From Heterodontus francisci (lineage: Eukaryota), in contig NC_090371.1 in the NCBI RefSeq assembly GCF_036365525.1, positions 115,954,388-116,018,387 of the forward strand: DNA of 64,000 nucleotides. Direction: 5' to 3'. This document shows, one piece after another, positions 12,576 to 22,999 of this stretch. The position numbers and the translations under genes were made by a program. The notes under the pieces are model-generated. The model saw nothing but the letters and a program-made list of their open reading frames with translations. It was not told the DNA's origin and made no database searches. The stretch's first letter is position 1, and each line of letters opens with the position of its first letter.

Positions 12576-13436
12576 GCCTCTTGAGCATCCCTAATTTTAA
12601 TCATGCCATCCTCGGTGGTCGTGCCTTCAGTTGCCTAGCCCTAAGCTCTGGAATACCCTCCTTACAGCTCTCCACTTCTTCACCTAGCTTTCCTCCTTTA
12701 GGACATCCCTTAAAACCTACCTCTTTGACCAAGCTTTTGGTCATCTGACTGACCCAATATCTCCTTGTGGTGCAGCTTTGTTTTATGCAAAGAGCCTTGG
12801 GATGTTTTGTTACATTAAAGGTACTATATAAATATAAGTTGTTGTTGTAATCATAATACTAGTATGATAGTGTGACTCCAAGCACGTAACAATAGCCTCT
12901 GTCATGATCAGGAATGAATATTTATCTTTTGCAGATTTGCTACTTTAATCTATTTGAAGATAGACTAAGTAAACACTTGGTGAGACAAGGATTGACATGA
13001 ATTGGTAAGCTGCATTATTTCACAGTAAAGTGTACATACAGAACAGCAGCTATTAGATTCACTTAGCTCAAACAGCACAATTTACATTCATGTGAAGAAC
13101 ATATGGTGTACATCCCATATCAGTGGATTATCTTATGCGACTTAAACAAGATACCTTCTAACTGTTCCCTCAGCAGTTCTGACCTCCAAGTCTCAGCAAA
13201 GGTCTTTGTAGCATTCTTTCTTAAAACCTGTGCAACATCCTGTTTCCCAGAAGCTTATGTCTTCTATCAGCTTGTTCACAGCCAAAAGTGGATCAATGAC
13301 TTTCCAACAATGAATGTGTGATGTTTTCTGATTGCTGAAACAGTCCAATGCTAATTATTTACAGTCCATGGATAATCAACACCAATGCCAGGTTTAGCAA
13401 TTTAAATTAGCATCTTAACTGCCTATTATACTAAAG

Positions 13437-13746
13437 CAGGGGGTCTGCAACCTACGGCTCACTAAGGACTCATGTGGCTCCCGACCTTGATTGATCAAAC
13501 CCGTTTTGATGGTAATTAAATGGCTTGTTTTGTTTTTTTAAACTTTTATTAACATTGCACTTGTGAGAAAGTATCATTCAATTAATAACTTTGTTGTAAA
13601 AATCTTTAAAATATTGTGGAAATTGTCTTTGCCTTGTTTTTCATTATTATTGGCATTTAAGAAACAGCATTGTGGCTCTTAAGATATTGTGATTTTGACT
13701 AAATTTTAAAAATGGCTCTTCTTGTTATTACAGTTGCTGACACCTG
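13437..13746. mobile_element. hAT (Charlie-like) MITE
   Basis: TIRs CAGGGGGTCTGCAAC / GTTGCTGACACCTG, imperfect 8-bp TSD TACTAAAG / TCCTAAAC, and subterminal GGCTC motifs. Confidence 0.78.
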
Positions 13747-13789
13747 TCCTAAACTCTCTTTCAAATATTTGAATATTCTATTTGTTTCA

Positions 13790-15095
13790 TGTGGTATATA
13801 AAACGGCAAGTGCCAAAAGCTTTTATTGTGACTGCGTGGGTTTCCGCCGGGTACTCCGGTTTCCTCCCACAGCCAAAGACTTGCAGGTTGATAGGTAAAT
13901 TGGCCACTGTAAATTGCCCCTAGTGCAGGTAGGTGGTAGAAGAATGGTGGGGATGTGGTAGGGAATATGGGATTAATGTAGGATTAGTATAATTGGGTGG
14001 TTGTTGTTGGCATGGACTTGGTGGGCTGAAGGGCCTGTTTCAGTGCTGCATCACGAAATAAAAAATAAATAAATGACATCGGAGGTCAAGCCAAAGTGTA
14101 CAAAAGTATTTCTCTAAAAATCTCCCTATTCATAAAAAGTCTGTTCTTTCTTGTTCTTTCAAATTTGTCTATCCCGACACATGCGTTTCACACAACAATC
14201 TTTAAAGTGTTCAGGTCCTTTATGGTATATGCGCAAATTGCTATTGGCTGTTTGTCTGGTGTCTGCTAGTTCCTTGGATGATGTTGTTAGTGTTCCTTCT
14301 TTGGGGAATGTTGTTGCTGTGGTGAGTGTTACTGCTGTGGTCATTGTTGCTGCTCATCTGTTGTGCTGGTTGGAGTACGGTTAACTTCTGGGACTGATGG
14401 TCATTCAGTTCCTTGTTCAGTTGGCGAACTCAGATCTGTCTCATCAGCCATCTGCTGTGAAGGAGCAGCTTCTCCAGCTGAGTGTAGATGTCTGCAGTTA
14501 CGACAATAGATCTGATTGTTCATCTTCATTTTGTATGATCTTCATGCAAGTCCCAAGTTGCGACGTAAAGATGGCCTGAAATCATCAAGGACATACCCGT
14601 TGCTGTACTGGGCATACAGAAAAGAAGTGACCACCCAAGATGGCATCTTGTACAAAGGGACTAGAGTCATTGTCGCTAAAGAAATGAGAAAAGAGATGCT
14701 GAAGTGTGTCCACATAAGCCATCAAGGATTCGAGCCTCGTCTGAGGAAGACAAGAGAAGTGCTCTACTGACCAAACATGAACAATGAGATTAAGGACCAC
14801 TTCAGCCAGTGCAGTACTTGCAATGAACATCAAGCTGAGGAAGCTGGAGAGCCCCTCATGACTCATGATATCCCAGACAGACTATGAATAAAGCTTGGAG
14901 CAGACCTCTTCATTCCCACTGGGACTGATTGTTCGGTCACAGTTGATTAACATTTGGACTACTGGGAGTTACACCACGAGTGAAGAATTCAGACACTTTA
15001 TGAACAATTGGAAAATTCAGCACTACACATCATCTCCACACTATCCCCAGTCAAATGGAAAGGCTGAGGTAGCAGTGAAAATTGCCAAAACATCC
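13790..15095. mobile_element. Ty3/Gypsy remnant: short LTR, PPT and integrase C-terminus on minus (13790-~14565); integrase H2C2 and core on plus (~14570-15095)
   Basis: Plus strand: QDGILYKGTRVIV...HISHQG...CSTC and HYTSSPHYPQSNGKAEVAVK. Minus strand: RNCRHL-type and KGPEHFKD-type C-terminal motifs, then purine tract AATAGGGAGA. Confidence 0.72.
13833..14073 (+). mobile_element. V-SINE, 5'-truncated
   Basis: End of the V-domain plus CR1-type tail and (AAAT)n. Possible TSD TGAC. Confidence 0.88.
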
Positions 15096-15114
15096 CACGA
15101 ATTAATTAAAAAAA

Positions 15115-15915
15115 ACACTTCACTGTTGCTGGGTCAAAATCTTGAACTCCATAATAACAGCATAGTGGAAGTACCTTGACCACATGGCCTGTGGCAGCCA
15201 AAAAGAAAGGTTTAGGGCAATTAGGGATGGGCAATAAATGCTGGCCTTGCTGTTGGAATGTACTCCCAGGTCAGAGGCACCTGCAATAAATATTAAATGA
15301 ATAACTAATAACATATAATTCTAGCCAGCAATGAAATGTTTTCAAGGCACCATGGGACTCAGCTAACTTGACCACATTCCTTACAAGGGATGATTCACAT
15401 AAATTCAGCACAGTCTAATCAAGTGGCCTCTAGCCGATGCCCTCATGAAATGTCGACAAAGATGGAATGCTGACAAAGATACCAGCCTGTAACAAGGTTA
15501 AGATAAGATGTTATGTATACATAAGGCCCAAGGATGGTGAATCAGGGGATCTGGAAGACATCATGTACGCATGAGTAACCCGCTAGCTGTCGAAGAGCAT
15601 GAGCTGATCACGCAGTCCCCCAATGTCTAGTAACCCATTTCATTGGTTCTACTAATCAATGTATATAATCTATAATCACTATGATTGGACCATGTCCAGC
15701 CGGCATGGGCTGAGTAACTGTTTGAAACTGTATAAGTATTGATGATTTTCCTTTGTTCGGTGAAGAGGAATCTGGATTGCCCAGTGGCCTGCTCCCCGCC
15801 GGCGTAACCCAATAAACTGTTCGACATTTGGAGCAGACCCGAGTGTCGAGTGATTCTTTCAGATTCATTCCCACTAACACTTGCCAACAATGCATACATC
15901 CTGAGAATTAATTTT
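15115..15915 (+). mobile_element. Family A LINE 3' end, split by a solo LTR
   Basis: GGGCAATTAGGGATGGGCAATAAATGCTGGCCTTGC on the left continues as CAACAATGCATACATCC after the LTR. Confidence 0.75.
15251..15879 (+). mobile_element. Solo LTR (629 bp) with 5-bp TSD
   Basis: TGTTGG...CTAACA termini, TSD CTTGC at 15246-15250 / 15880-15884, TATAAG at 15731, AATAAA at 15811. Confidence 0.85.
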
Positions 15916-15973
15916 TGCAATTGGTTCACTCCATTACAGGCATAGCATCTTTCCTGCCTGATTTTTCTCTTAG

Positions 15974-16212
15974 AGCTGTGCCCAAGAGATAATTAAAGCT
16001 CAAATGCAAAAGAGCAAACTATGGTCGATAGCTTTACATCCCTTGATGAGGAAGAGAGCGGCAGTACAGGAGGAGCTGAAACAGAGACTGTCAGAGCCAG
16101 GGGCAGAACAAGAAACCGAAAACTGCGGCATCCAGCCTGCCATCCACAGTCATTGCCGCCATCCACTTGTCATCAGTCAACACCCCCAGCAATACGTTTT
16201 GAAGTCCATTCT
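15974..16212 (+). other. Candidate host exon (unidentified)
   Basis: Pyrimidine tract plus AG (ATTTTTCTCTTAG) upstream and GTGAGT donor downstream. One frame is open throughout; a second frame opens at a strong-context ATG (16021). Several CpGs are retained. Confidence 0.3.
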
Positions 16213-16645
16213 GTGAGTTTGGGCTTCATTCTGTCCCTGACTTGGAAGCAAACAAAGTCAAACTAGTCTCACATTGAATCTTCTGTGAAGTCTAGCCTCT
16301 TCACTCTTTGGGTTGAATTTTATTCTCCCGCTGCCAAAGCGGTGGCGGGCGCACAAAATGGCAACGGTCTCGCCGGTGACGTTAGCGGCTGTGATTATGC
16401 AGCAGTCGGCCAGTTAGCATAATGATGGCAGCTCTCCCCGCCAATCATGTGGTGGCAGCGACATAGGCAACACCGTTCATGGTATCACCTGATGTTGGAT
16501 CAGGTGCTGGTGCCATCTTTAAAAGGCTGCCAGCCCTGCATTTACTCTCTGTGTTCTTTCAGCATCAGGTTCCTGAGGCTAAAAGTCTGTGCTCTTCAAA
16601 ATGTTATTTTATCTGCAAGCAGCCCTCCTGGGCATCATTATAACA

Positions 16646-18439
16646 ATGGCAGATGGATGGTCAAGAGTGCCCCCATGATTCAGTGATGCCTCCCTGCTGA
16701 TTCTCCTGCAGGCTGCAAGGGAAAGGCGGGAGGTCCTTTTCCCCAGTGATGGCAAGAAGAGGTCCTCCCGCCTGACCAAGCAAGCCTGGACGGAGATCAA
16801 GAGGAGTTCTGATGAAAGGTCACTGACCTGAAATGTTAACTCTGCTTCTCTCTCCACAGATGCTGCCAGACCTGCTGATTATTTCCAACATTTCTTGTTT
16901 TAATCAAGAGGAGGTTAGTAGGCATGGGTCACCCATCATAAGTGCAGGAAGAGGGTCAATGACCTCCTATGCTCAGCAAAGGTAAGTGGCGTGGTTCCAG
17001 ATAGATTATTCTGATCTGCCTACCCACAAGTGTAATGCCGCACGGTTGCCAGAGCCATTCCAATGATAGAAAGGTCATAGCGTAATGATGGCAGATGACT
17101 GACTGCATAGGTGAGACCAGTCTCCCTCGTTTCTATCTTAGCCCAATTGAGACCCATGACAGGTAGAGTTAGTCTGAGAGAAGAAACATCCCCCAGGTGC
17201 TGATGAAGGGTGCATGTTAGTATTGACATGATGTAATTACATTTACAACTTGACAATAGCTGCATCCTTGATCTTTCAGGAGAAGACGGCCCACCACAGC
17301 AGGGAGGTGCCCAAGTGAGGTGCCCAACCTGCGGCCTTTGTCTCAAGAACACATGCCATCTCCAACATCAAGCTCAGGGTCACAGCTGAAGAGAGTGAAT
17401 AAATTGTAATCATATTTTATAGAGATACACCATTGGACAGGTGGGACATGTGGGACATGTGTCCCATAACATCTAAATGTCTGTTCTTTAGATTGGATCT
17501 TGCAGGACACCACTCACAAATGATTCCAGATAATGATCGAAAGACAATAACCTCTGAAGACGAGGAACACTTAGAGGATGCAGCATCCCATGACACCCCT
17601 GCACCTTCCACCAGCGCAGATACTTTCACCTCGGTGGGTATCCGATCGGCATTAGAGTCAGTGTCACAAGCTGCTGAGAGCACAACACATGCACCCAAGC
17701 AGCTGGCTGTGGCAGAGACAGCTGAGGCCTCTGACAGCTGGAGGACTGTGGGTCTCCAGGCCCATGCTGACCTCTAGGCTGATGATGAGCCTCTGGTGTC
17801 ATCAGCACATGGCATGCTAGAGTTACAGGGAGAGGTAAGGCAACATCTGGCAGAGATTGCAGAAGCCATGCCCAGCCATGAGCAGTCGATGGAGGAGTCC
17901 ATCCATGCCATGACTGCTGCCATGTCCCACGCTTATGAGCACATGGCTTCATCCATTGAGATGTTGGCGACCCTCATGGAAAGCCATATTCCACAGGTGT
18001 GCCATGACCTGCAAACCCTCACCTTGGCCATCAGCAGTTGCAGGGCGAGAGAAGGACGAGAAGCCTGTAGAGTTTTCCTACTCCTAATCCTTCTCCAGAG
18101 AGCAGGGATGTTCCAACAAGCCTTGAGAGTGAGGAGGAGAAACTGTGCTCCACATCTGGGGTCTCCCCTCAAGGTGATTTAAGTGTGGACACGCAGTCCT
18201 CAGCCTCTCCTCTAGTGAGTCCAGCTTCAACAGCTGCTATGCCTGAGAACAGCCCTGCACCAGTGCAGGAAGCCTTCTGGCTGTCGGGGTCCTCCAGGCC
18301 TCAGGCACCCAGAGAACAACCACCGAATTCATCACAGGCCAACGAGTGTCCTGATCAGCAGCCTGCCTCCAGTCTAGCTGCCAGTGCAGAGGTAACACCG
18401 CAAAGGAGCACCCACCAACATATTAAAGAGACAGCTTGA
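16646..18439 (+). pseudogene. Harbinger Myb/SANT-like DNA-binding gene (multi-exon, decayed)
   Basis: Peptides FSDASLLILLQAARERREVLFPSDGKKR...KQAWTEI...CRKRVNDL. GTAAG donor at 16982; the next exon starts EKTAHHSRE at 17280. In-frame stop and a Penelope-type insert. Confidence 0.8.
16804..16842 (+). ncRNA. Minimal type I hammerhead ribozyme motif in a 96-bp Penelope-type insert (16807-16902)
   Basis: GAGTT-CTGATGA-A-AGGTC/ACT/GACCT-GAAA-T-GTT-AACTC contains stem I, the canonical core, stem II and GAAA. TSD ATCAAGAGGAG at 16796-16806 / 16903-16913. Confidence 0.8.
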
Positions 18440-18772
18440 CACACTTGGGTTTTCACGGGTAAGACAATTATGTCATGTTTTCTTCAATTAAATGTGTTTA
18501 CCTGTCAATCATCAGCCTTTATCATTTGAAAACCACATGGAGTGATTGTGACTTCTGCAATATCATCATAAGCCTTGCAGCATTGCCAATGTGACCACTG
18601 ACATCATTAACATGCCAATAAGCATGATGTTTCATTGCTCGAATGATGTCACATGGGCAATAGCTTAATTTGTTGTTGCCATTCATGCTGCAGAGACAGA
18701 TAGTACAGAGGCAGAGGATTTGAGACAACATGTATGATGGTGAGTTTTGGTAGCAAACGTATTTATTGAAAT

Positions 18773-19460
18773 TCATGGATTGTGAAATCTCAAAATTATT
18801 AGGCTCTGCCTTGCCTCACGTGTGCGCTGCTTACCATGTCTGGCCTCCATTACTGCTGTCTGATTTTCCATACATGCTTGGCCTTGTGTGCCCTCTGTGT
18901 CCTCTTCATCAAAGGATATCTCATGCTCTTGTACTTCTTCATCTTGCAAGGCCTCCCCTCTCTGTAGTACTATATTGCTTAGAACACAGGAAACCTTAAC
19001 GATGTGTGTAACCATCTCTGGGGCACACTGAAGGACTCCACCAGATCTATCAAGGCTGCAGAACCGCATCTTAAGCATACCAATGGCCTGCTTGATGGTT
19101 GCTCGGATGGATCCATGACAAGCATTGTAACACTCTTCCGCACCATTGCTGGGATTCCTTACTGGTGTCAGAAGCCATGTCATTAATGAGTAGCCCTTAT
19201 CCCCAAGAATTCATCCTTGAAGGTGAGTGGGGGGGGGGGGAGTGAAAAGCAGTGGTATGTGGGACTGCCAAAATATGTATGAGTCGTAGCAGCTTCCCAG
19301 GAAGGAGGCACATACTTGTATGAAACACTTTCTGTGGTCACATACCAGTTGGACAATGATTGAATGAAATCCCTTTCTGTTTATGAAGGTGGTTGATTGA
19401 TCCGTGGAAGCCTTGATAGCCACATGTGTGCAGTTGATCAACTCTGATGCTGGTTGAAAC
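18773..19460 (-). pseudogene. Harbinger DDE transposase, C-terminal half
   Basis: Motifs INCTHVAIKA, FINRKGFHS, GSCYDS, LGDKGY, YNACH...[16 protein letters not shown]. Confidence 0.88.
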
Positions 19461-19665
19461 TTGAATCAATCCGCACTGGTTTGATTTTATTTTACATTTT
19501 GCTGTATTCTTCAACTTTTCGTACTGCTGTTTCTGCATTATTGTTGTTATTGACTCTGCTGTTTGCTGATGAGTTTTTACAATGCATTTCGCCTTTGGCA
19601 CAGACTTCTAAACACAGCGCAGCTGTCAGCAGTTACAACCCTGAGCTCCAACCAGCCTTTGTAGC

Positions 19666-20170
19666 ATGGGCATTGCATTGGGTCTGCCAATAGTTGTCAG
19701 GGATGTGAAGAGGAAGAGTCGTTCAGGCAGCTGGAAAAAAAAAGATGTGCTTAGAACTCAGGTGACTTCATCACTCTGCACTGGCACAGGAACAAATCTT
19801 CCAGACCTCAGCACAACTACTTGGCCAAGTACGAGGAGACCTCCTTTCACCTCTGTTTCACAAAGAGGTCTATTGAAGTCATTACTGGAGCCTGTCCTGC
19901 AGTAAAATCTCATACAGATACAGCCTTTAGCACTACAGTGAAAGTCACCACAGCACTTATCATGTCCACCACCAGATCCCTTCAAGCCACCACTGGCGAC
20001 ACTCGCCACATCAATCAAACTACAGTCCATTGATGCACCACATAGGTCAAAGAAGCTTTGCTTGCCAGTGGAAATACATTTGTCACTTCCACCATATAAA
20101 AAGAGACAGCAGCATAAAAGGCACAGCAGGTAGCAAGCCTCCCTAAACTGCAGAAATTTATTGATACTAT
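19666..20170 (+). pseudogene. Harbinger transposase, N-terminal half (older, opposite orientation)
   Basis: Starts MGIALGLP; TAFSTTVKVTTAL...SLQATTGD is the HTH region; ends near SLPKLQKFID. Confidence 0.65.
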
Positions 20171-21166
20171 TATAGAATTTTTTTTGCAGCTGATGGAAGC
20201 ACCATTAATTGTAATTTAGAGCCAATAACAGGCCCCAAATGTCATTATTAAGGAATGTGCATCAAAATATTGGCAGGACTTTGTCGGGAAAGCACAAAAA
20301 AACAGCAGTTGCCACTGGTACTTTTTCCTGGTTTTCTTCCCCTTTCAACCAGTGTGGGTACTAACAGCAGAAAACATACTTCACACAAATGCATTGGGCT
20401 CAGTGGGATGACAGTATGATTCACTGTTTTGAAATCTAACAAGATACAATGTCCTTTCAAAATGACATTGTTCTTTTATTCAGTAATGAATAATTACATT
20501 TATAATACTGTCTGCAGATAAACTTTCAAAAAAAAATTTCAAATCATTTATAATCAAATGAGATGTCAACTGACAACTGATTAAAACACAATGGACGATT
20601 AATCTGGAGAACATTCACTAGTTCATGAGATTGCAATGTGCTTAGTACTTATTTCAGGTTCTAAATGCACAATGAATGGGTAGTGATAAAAAACAGCTAA
20701 AATAAATGTATGAAGTGTGATGCAGCAAGTAGATGATGATAATGTGCCTCTATTTGCACAGTTGGGTCCAGACTGAAGATTGCTGTAAAATACCAGCAAA
20801 GTAACATGTCAGAGCAACAGTGTTAAGTATGTGGAAATTACATACTGTGAATGTGTCAGTGGTGGATGAAAAGAGGTGAAAATAATATACTGGTTTTATC
20901 AGTGTAATCTTAGGCAGGATGCTTTGGAGTCAACACTACAGAAGTTAAGACAGATGGGGCAGAATTTTCCCAGTGGAGGCGGGCTAGGGAGCATGCAGCG
21001 TGGGAAAGTCCTGGACAAGGACATCATGTCAGGATCCTGATGTGATCCCACCCTCTTCCAGCTTTCCCTGGTGAGGCTTGCAAGGCCAACGGGAAACCCA
21101 CATGGGTCTGGCAGGAAACCAATTGTGATAGCTGAAAAGGCAATTGAGAGTCTTTTGAAGCATGGA

Positions 21167-21400
21167 TTTTTTTTTCCCAAAATATACTTTATTCATAAAA
21201 ATCTGTAAAGACATACATTACAAACCAGTTCCAATTTGACATTCCAGACAGTGCAAAAGAAATCAGTTTCCTTCGATACAGAAAGTGAGTTGCGCCACAA
21301 CCCTTGCCATTCCATTTTACATGCAATGTACATTTGCATTACACATCAAAACCATAATTTGGTGCATACAGCCCGAGGGGTTTTACATGGGTTCCAGCCA
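21167..21400 (-). mobile_element. Poly(A)-tailed LINE 3' end (Tx1/L1-like), nested in H2
   Basis: Minus strand ends ATGAATAAAGTATATTTTGGG-poly(A). The 5' boundary is approximate. Confidence 0.55.
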
Positions 21401-21704
21401 CTCGGTATACTATGTCCCTTTCTACCAACAGCACACAAGTCACATACTGCATCTGCAACTTGCCCGGTTAGACAAGCAGCAGCAAATCATTGTAGAGTGA
21501 AACTGACCTGATATGAGCAGTATAAAGGGTGAAACCAGCAAGCGTGTGGTCAGTCACAGTAAAAGGCTTGTGCTGACAGGAGCAGTTCCTTCAGCCTAAA
21601 TTCATTGAATTCAGTGGGGACAGAAACTTTGTGCTACTTATTGCAAGTGCCTTGATACTTCAGAGGCTACTCTCATGTTATTGCCTGTGAGACTTCCCTA
21701 TGAC

Positions 21705-22880
21705 ATGGGGTTGACATATTCTGAAGTTGATTTGACTTCTGAGGTGGAGGTGCAGCTTGCTCCAGCTTGGCAGCCCCAGCGACAGGGGTAACAATTCCGG
21801 AAGCAACAGTTTCTTTCTCCACGGCCACATGCAGCTGCATGGAACAGAGTAGATGGACACAAGGCTCCACCTTGAAGGAGGCAATAAATAGCCTTAGCAC
21901 ATTGTCTATTGGCCAAGGGTCAACATCCTCAACCTCTCTGAACAGCAGTGTCTTCGAAGGCTCAGGCTCTCATGCCAGGTGGTCACAGATATCTGCAGCC
22001 TCTTGGAAGAAGATCTCTGCGTAAGAGAAGCACGTGGCCACCCATTATCTGTGGCTGTCAAGGTGACCACAGCCCTCAATTTCTTTGCATTCAGGTCCTT
22101 CCAGGACTCAGCTGCTGCCATATGTAGTACCTTGCAATTTGTAGTCCATAGCTGCATCAGCCAGATCACCAATGCCTTCTTTGCGAAAGCCTCCAACCAT
22201 ATTCACTTTGTGATGGATGAAGCTAGTCAAGCCCAGGGGGCTGTGGGCTTTGCTTCCCTTGCAGGATTTCTTTAGGTTCAGAGAGTTGTAGACTGCACTC
22301 ATGTGACAATGAAGGCACCATCAGAACAGCCAGGCATATTTGTCAATCAGAAGAGATTCCACTCCTTTAATATGCAGGTGGTATGTGACCACTACAAGAG
22401 GATAATGCAAGTGTGCACCAAGTATCCAGGGAGCTGCCATGATGCCTTCATCGTTTGGCATCCTCAGGTTCCACAGCTCTTCTGTCCACCAGACAGCCTC
22501 AGCAGTTGGCTCCTGGGGGACAAAGGATACCCACTGAAGACCTGGCTGATGACCCAGTGAGGAATCCCACCACAGAGGCAATCTTACCATCAGGGACACA
22601 ATATAGCAAGCCATTGACTTGCTCAAAATGAGGTTCTGCTGCCTTGGCCAATCTGGAATCACCCTTCAATATGCCCCAGAAAGAGTCACCCCGATGGTAT
22701 GAGTGTGCTGTGCCCTGCACAACATGGCGCTGCAGAGAGCACTGGCGCTGGCACCAGAGGAAGGTGGACAGCGCTTGGCATCCTCGGAGCAGGAGCATTC
22801 TGACGTGCCGCTGGTGCCTGCAGCTGCAAACCTGCTTGTCCGAGAAGCCTGTGATACCCTGATCCAGGCTGGCTTCTCTT
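21705..22880 (+). pseudogene. Harbinger DDE transposase of H2
   Basis: Motifs [69 protein letters not shown]. Stops and frameshifts present. Confidence 0.88.
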
Positions 22881-22999
22881 GAGAATTGTGCTTGCAGCAT
22901 TGAAATCTTCCCACATAATTAACACCCAAGTGATTCCCTTTGTGCAACTAAGACCTTTTCCTCATACACTATCTATTACTTCTATGTGGTGCTGCCCCT

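Larger units (their letters stand above)
6716..12848 (+). mobile_element. L2 LINE 3' half in three pieces (6716-6963, 11171-12027, 12576-12848)
   Basis: Peptides FESLQSGFHSCHSTETALTKVTNN...AAFDMVDHTILL, MYADDT and NFLPLNIGKTEVIVF are L2 RT. Tail AAATATAAGTTGTTGTTG. The sequence is continuous across both insertions. Confidence 0.88.
16310..19460. mobile_element. PIF/Harbinger transposon H1, right end truncated
   Basis: Left TIR GGGTTGAATTTT. A Myb/SANT gene on plus and a transposase on minus converge, each with its own poly(A)-like signal (ATTAAA ~18487; minus-strand AATAAA ~18762). Confidence 0.85.

Noticed and set aside
17200-17230. Other CTGATGA hits (also ~2656, ~7691, ~25249, ~51823) as hammerheads
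   Set aside because: None has a stem II followed by GAAA and a closing stem I.
18773-22880. Domesticated HARBI1 or NAIF1/MSANTD-type host genes
   Set aside because: All transposase and Myb copies have stops, frameshifts or insertions, and most sit next to TIRs.
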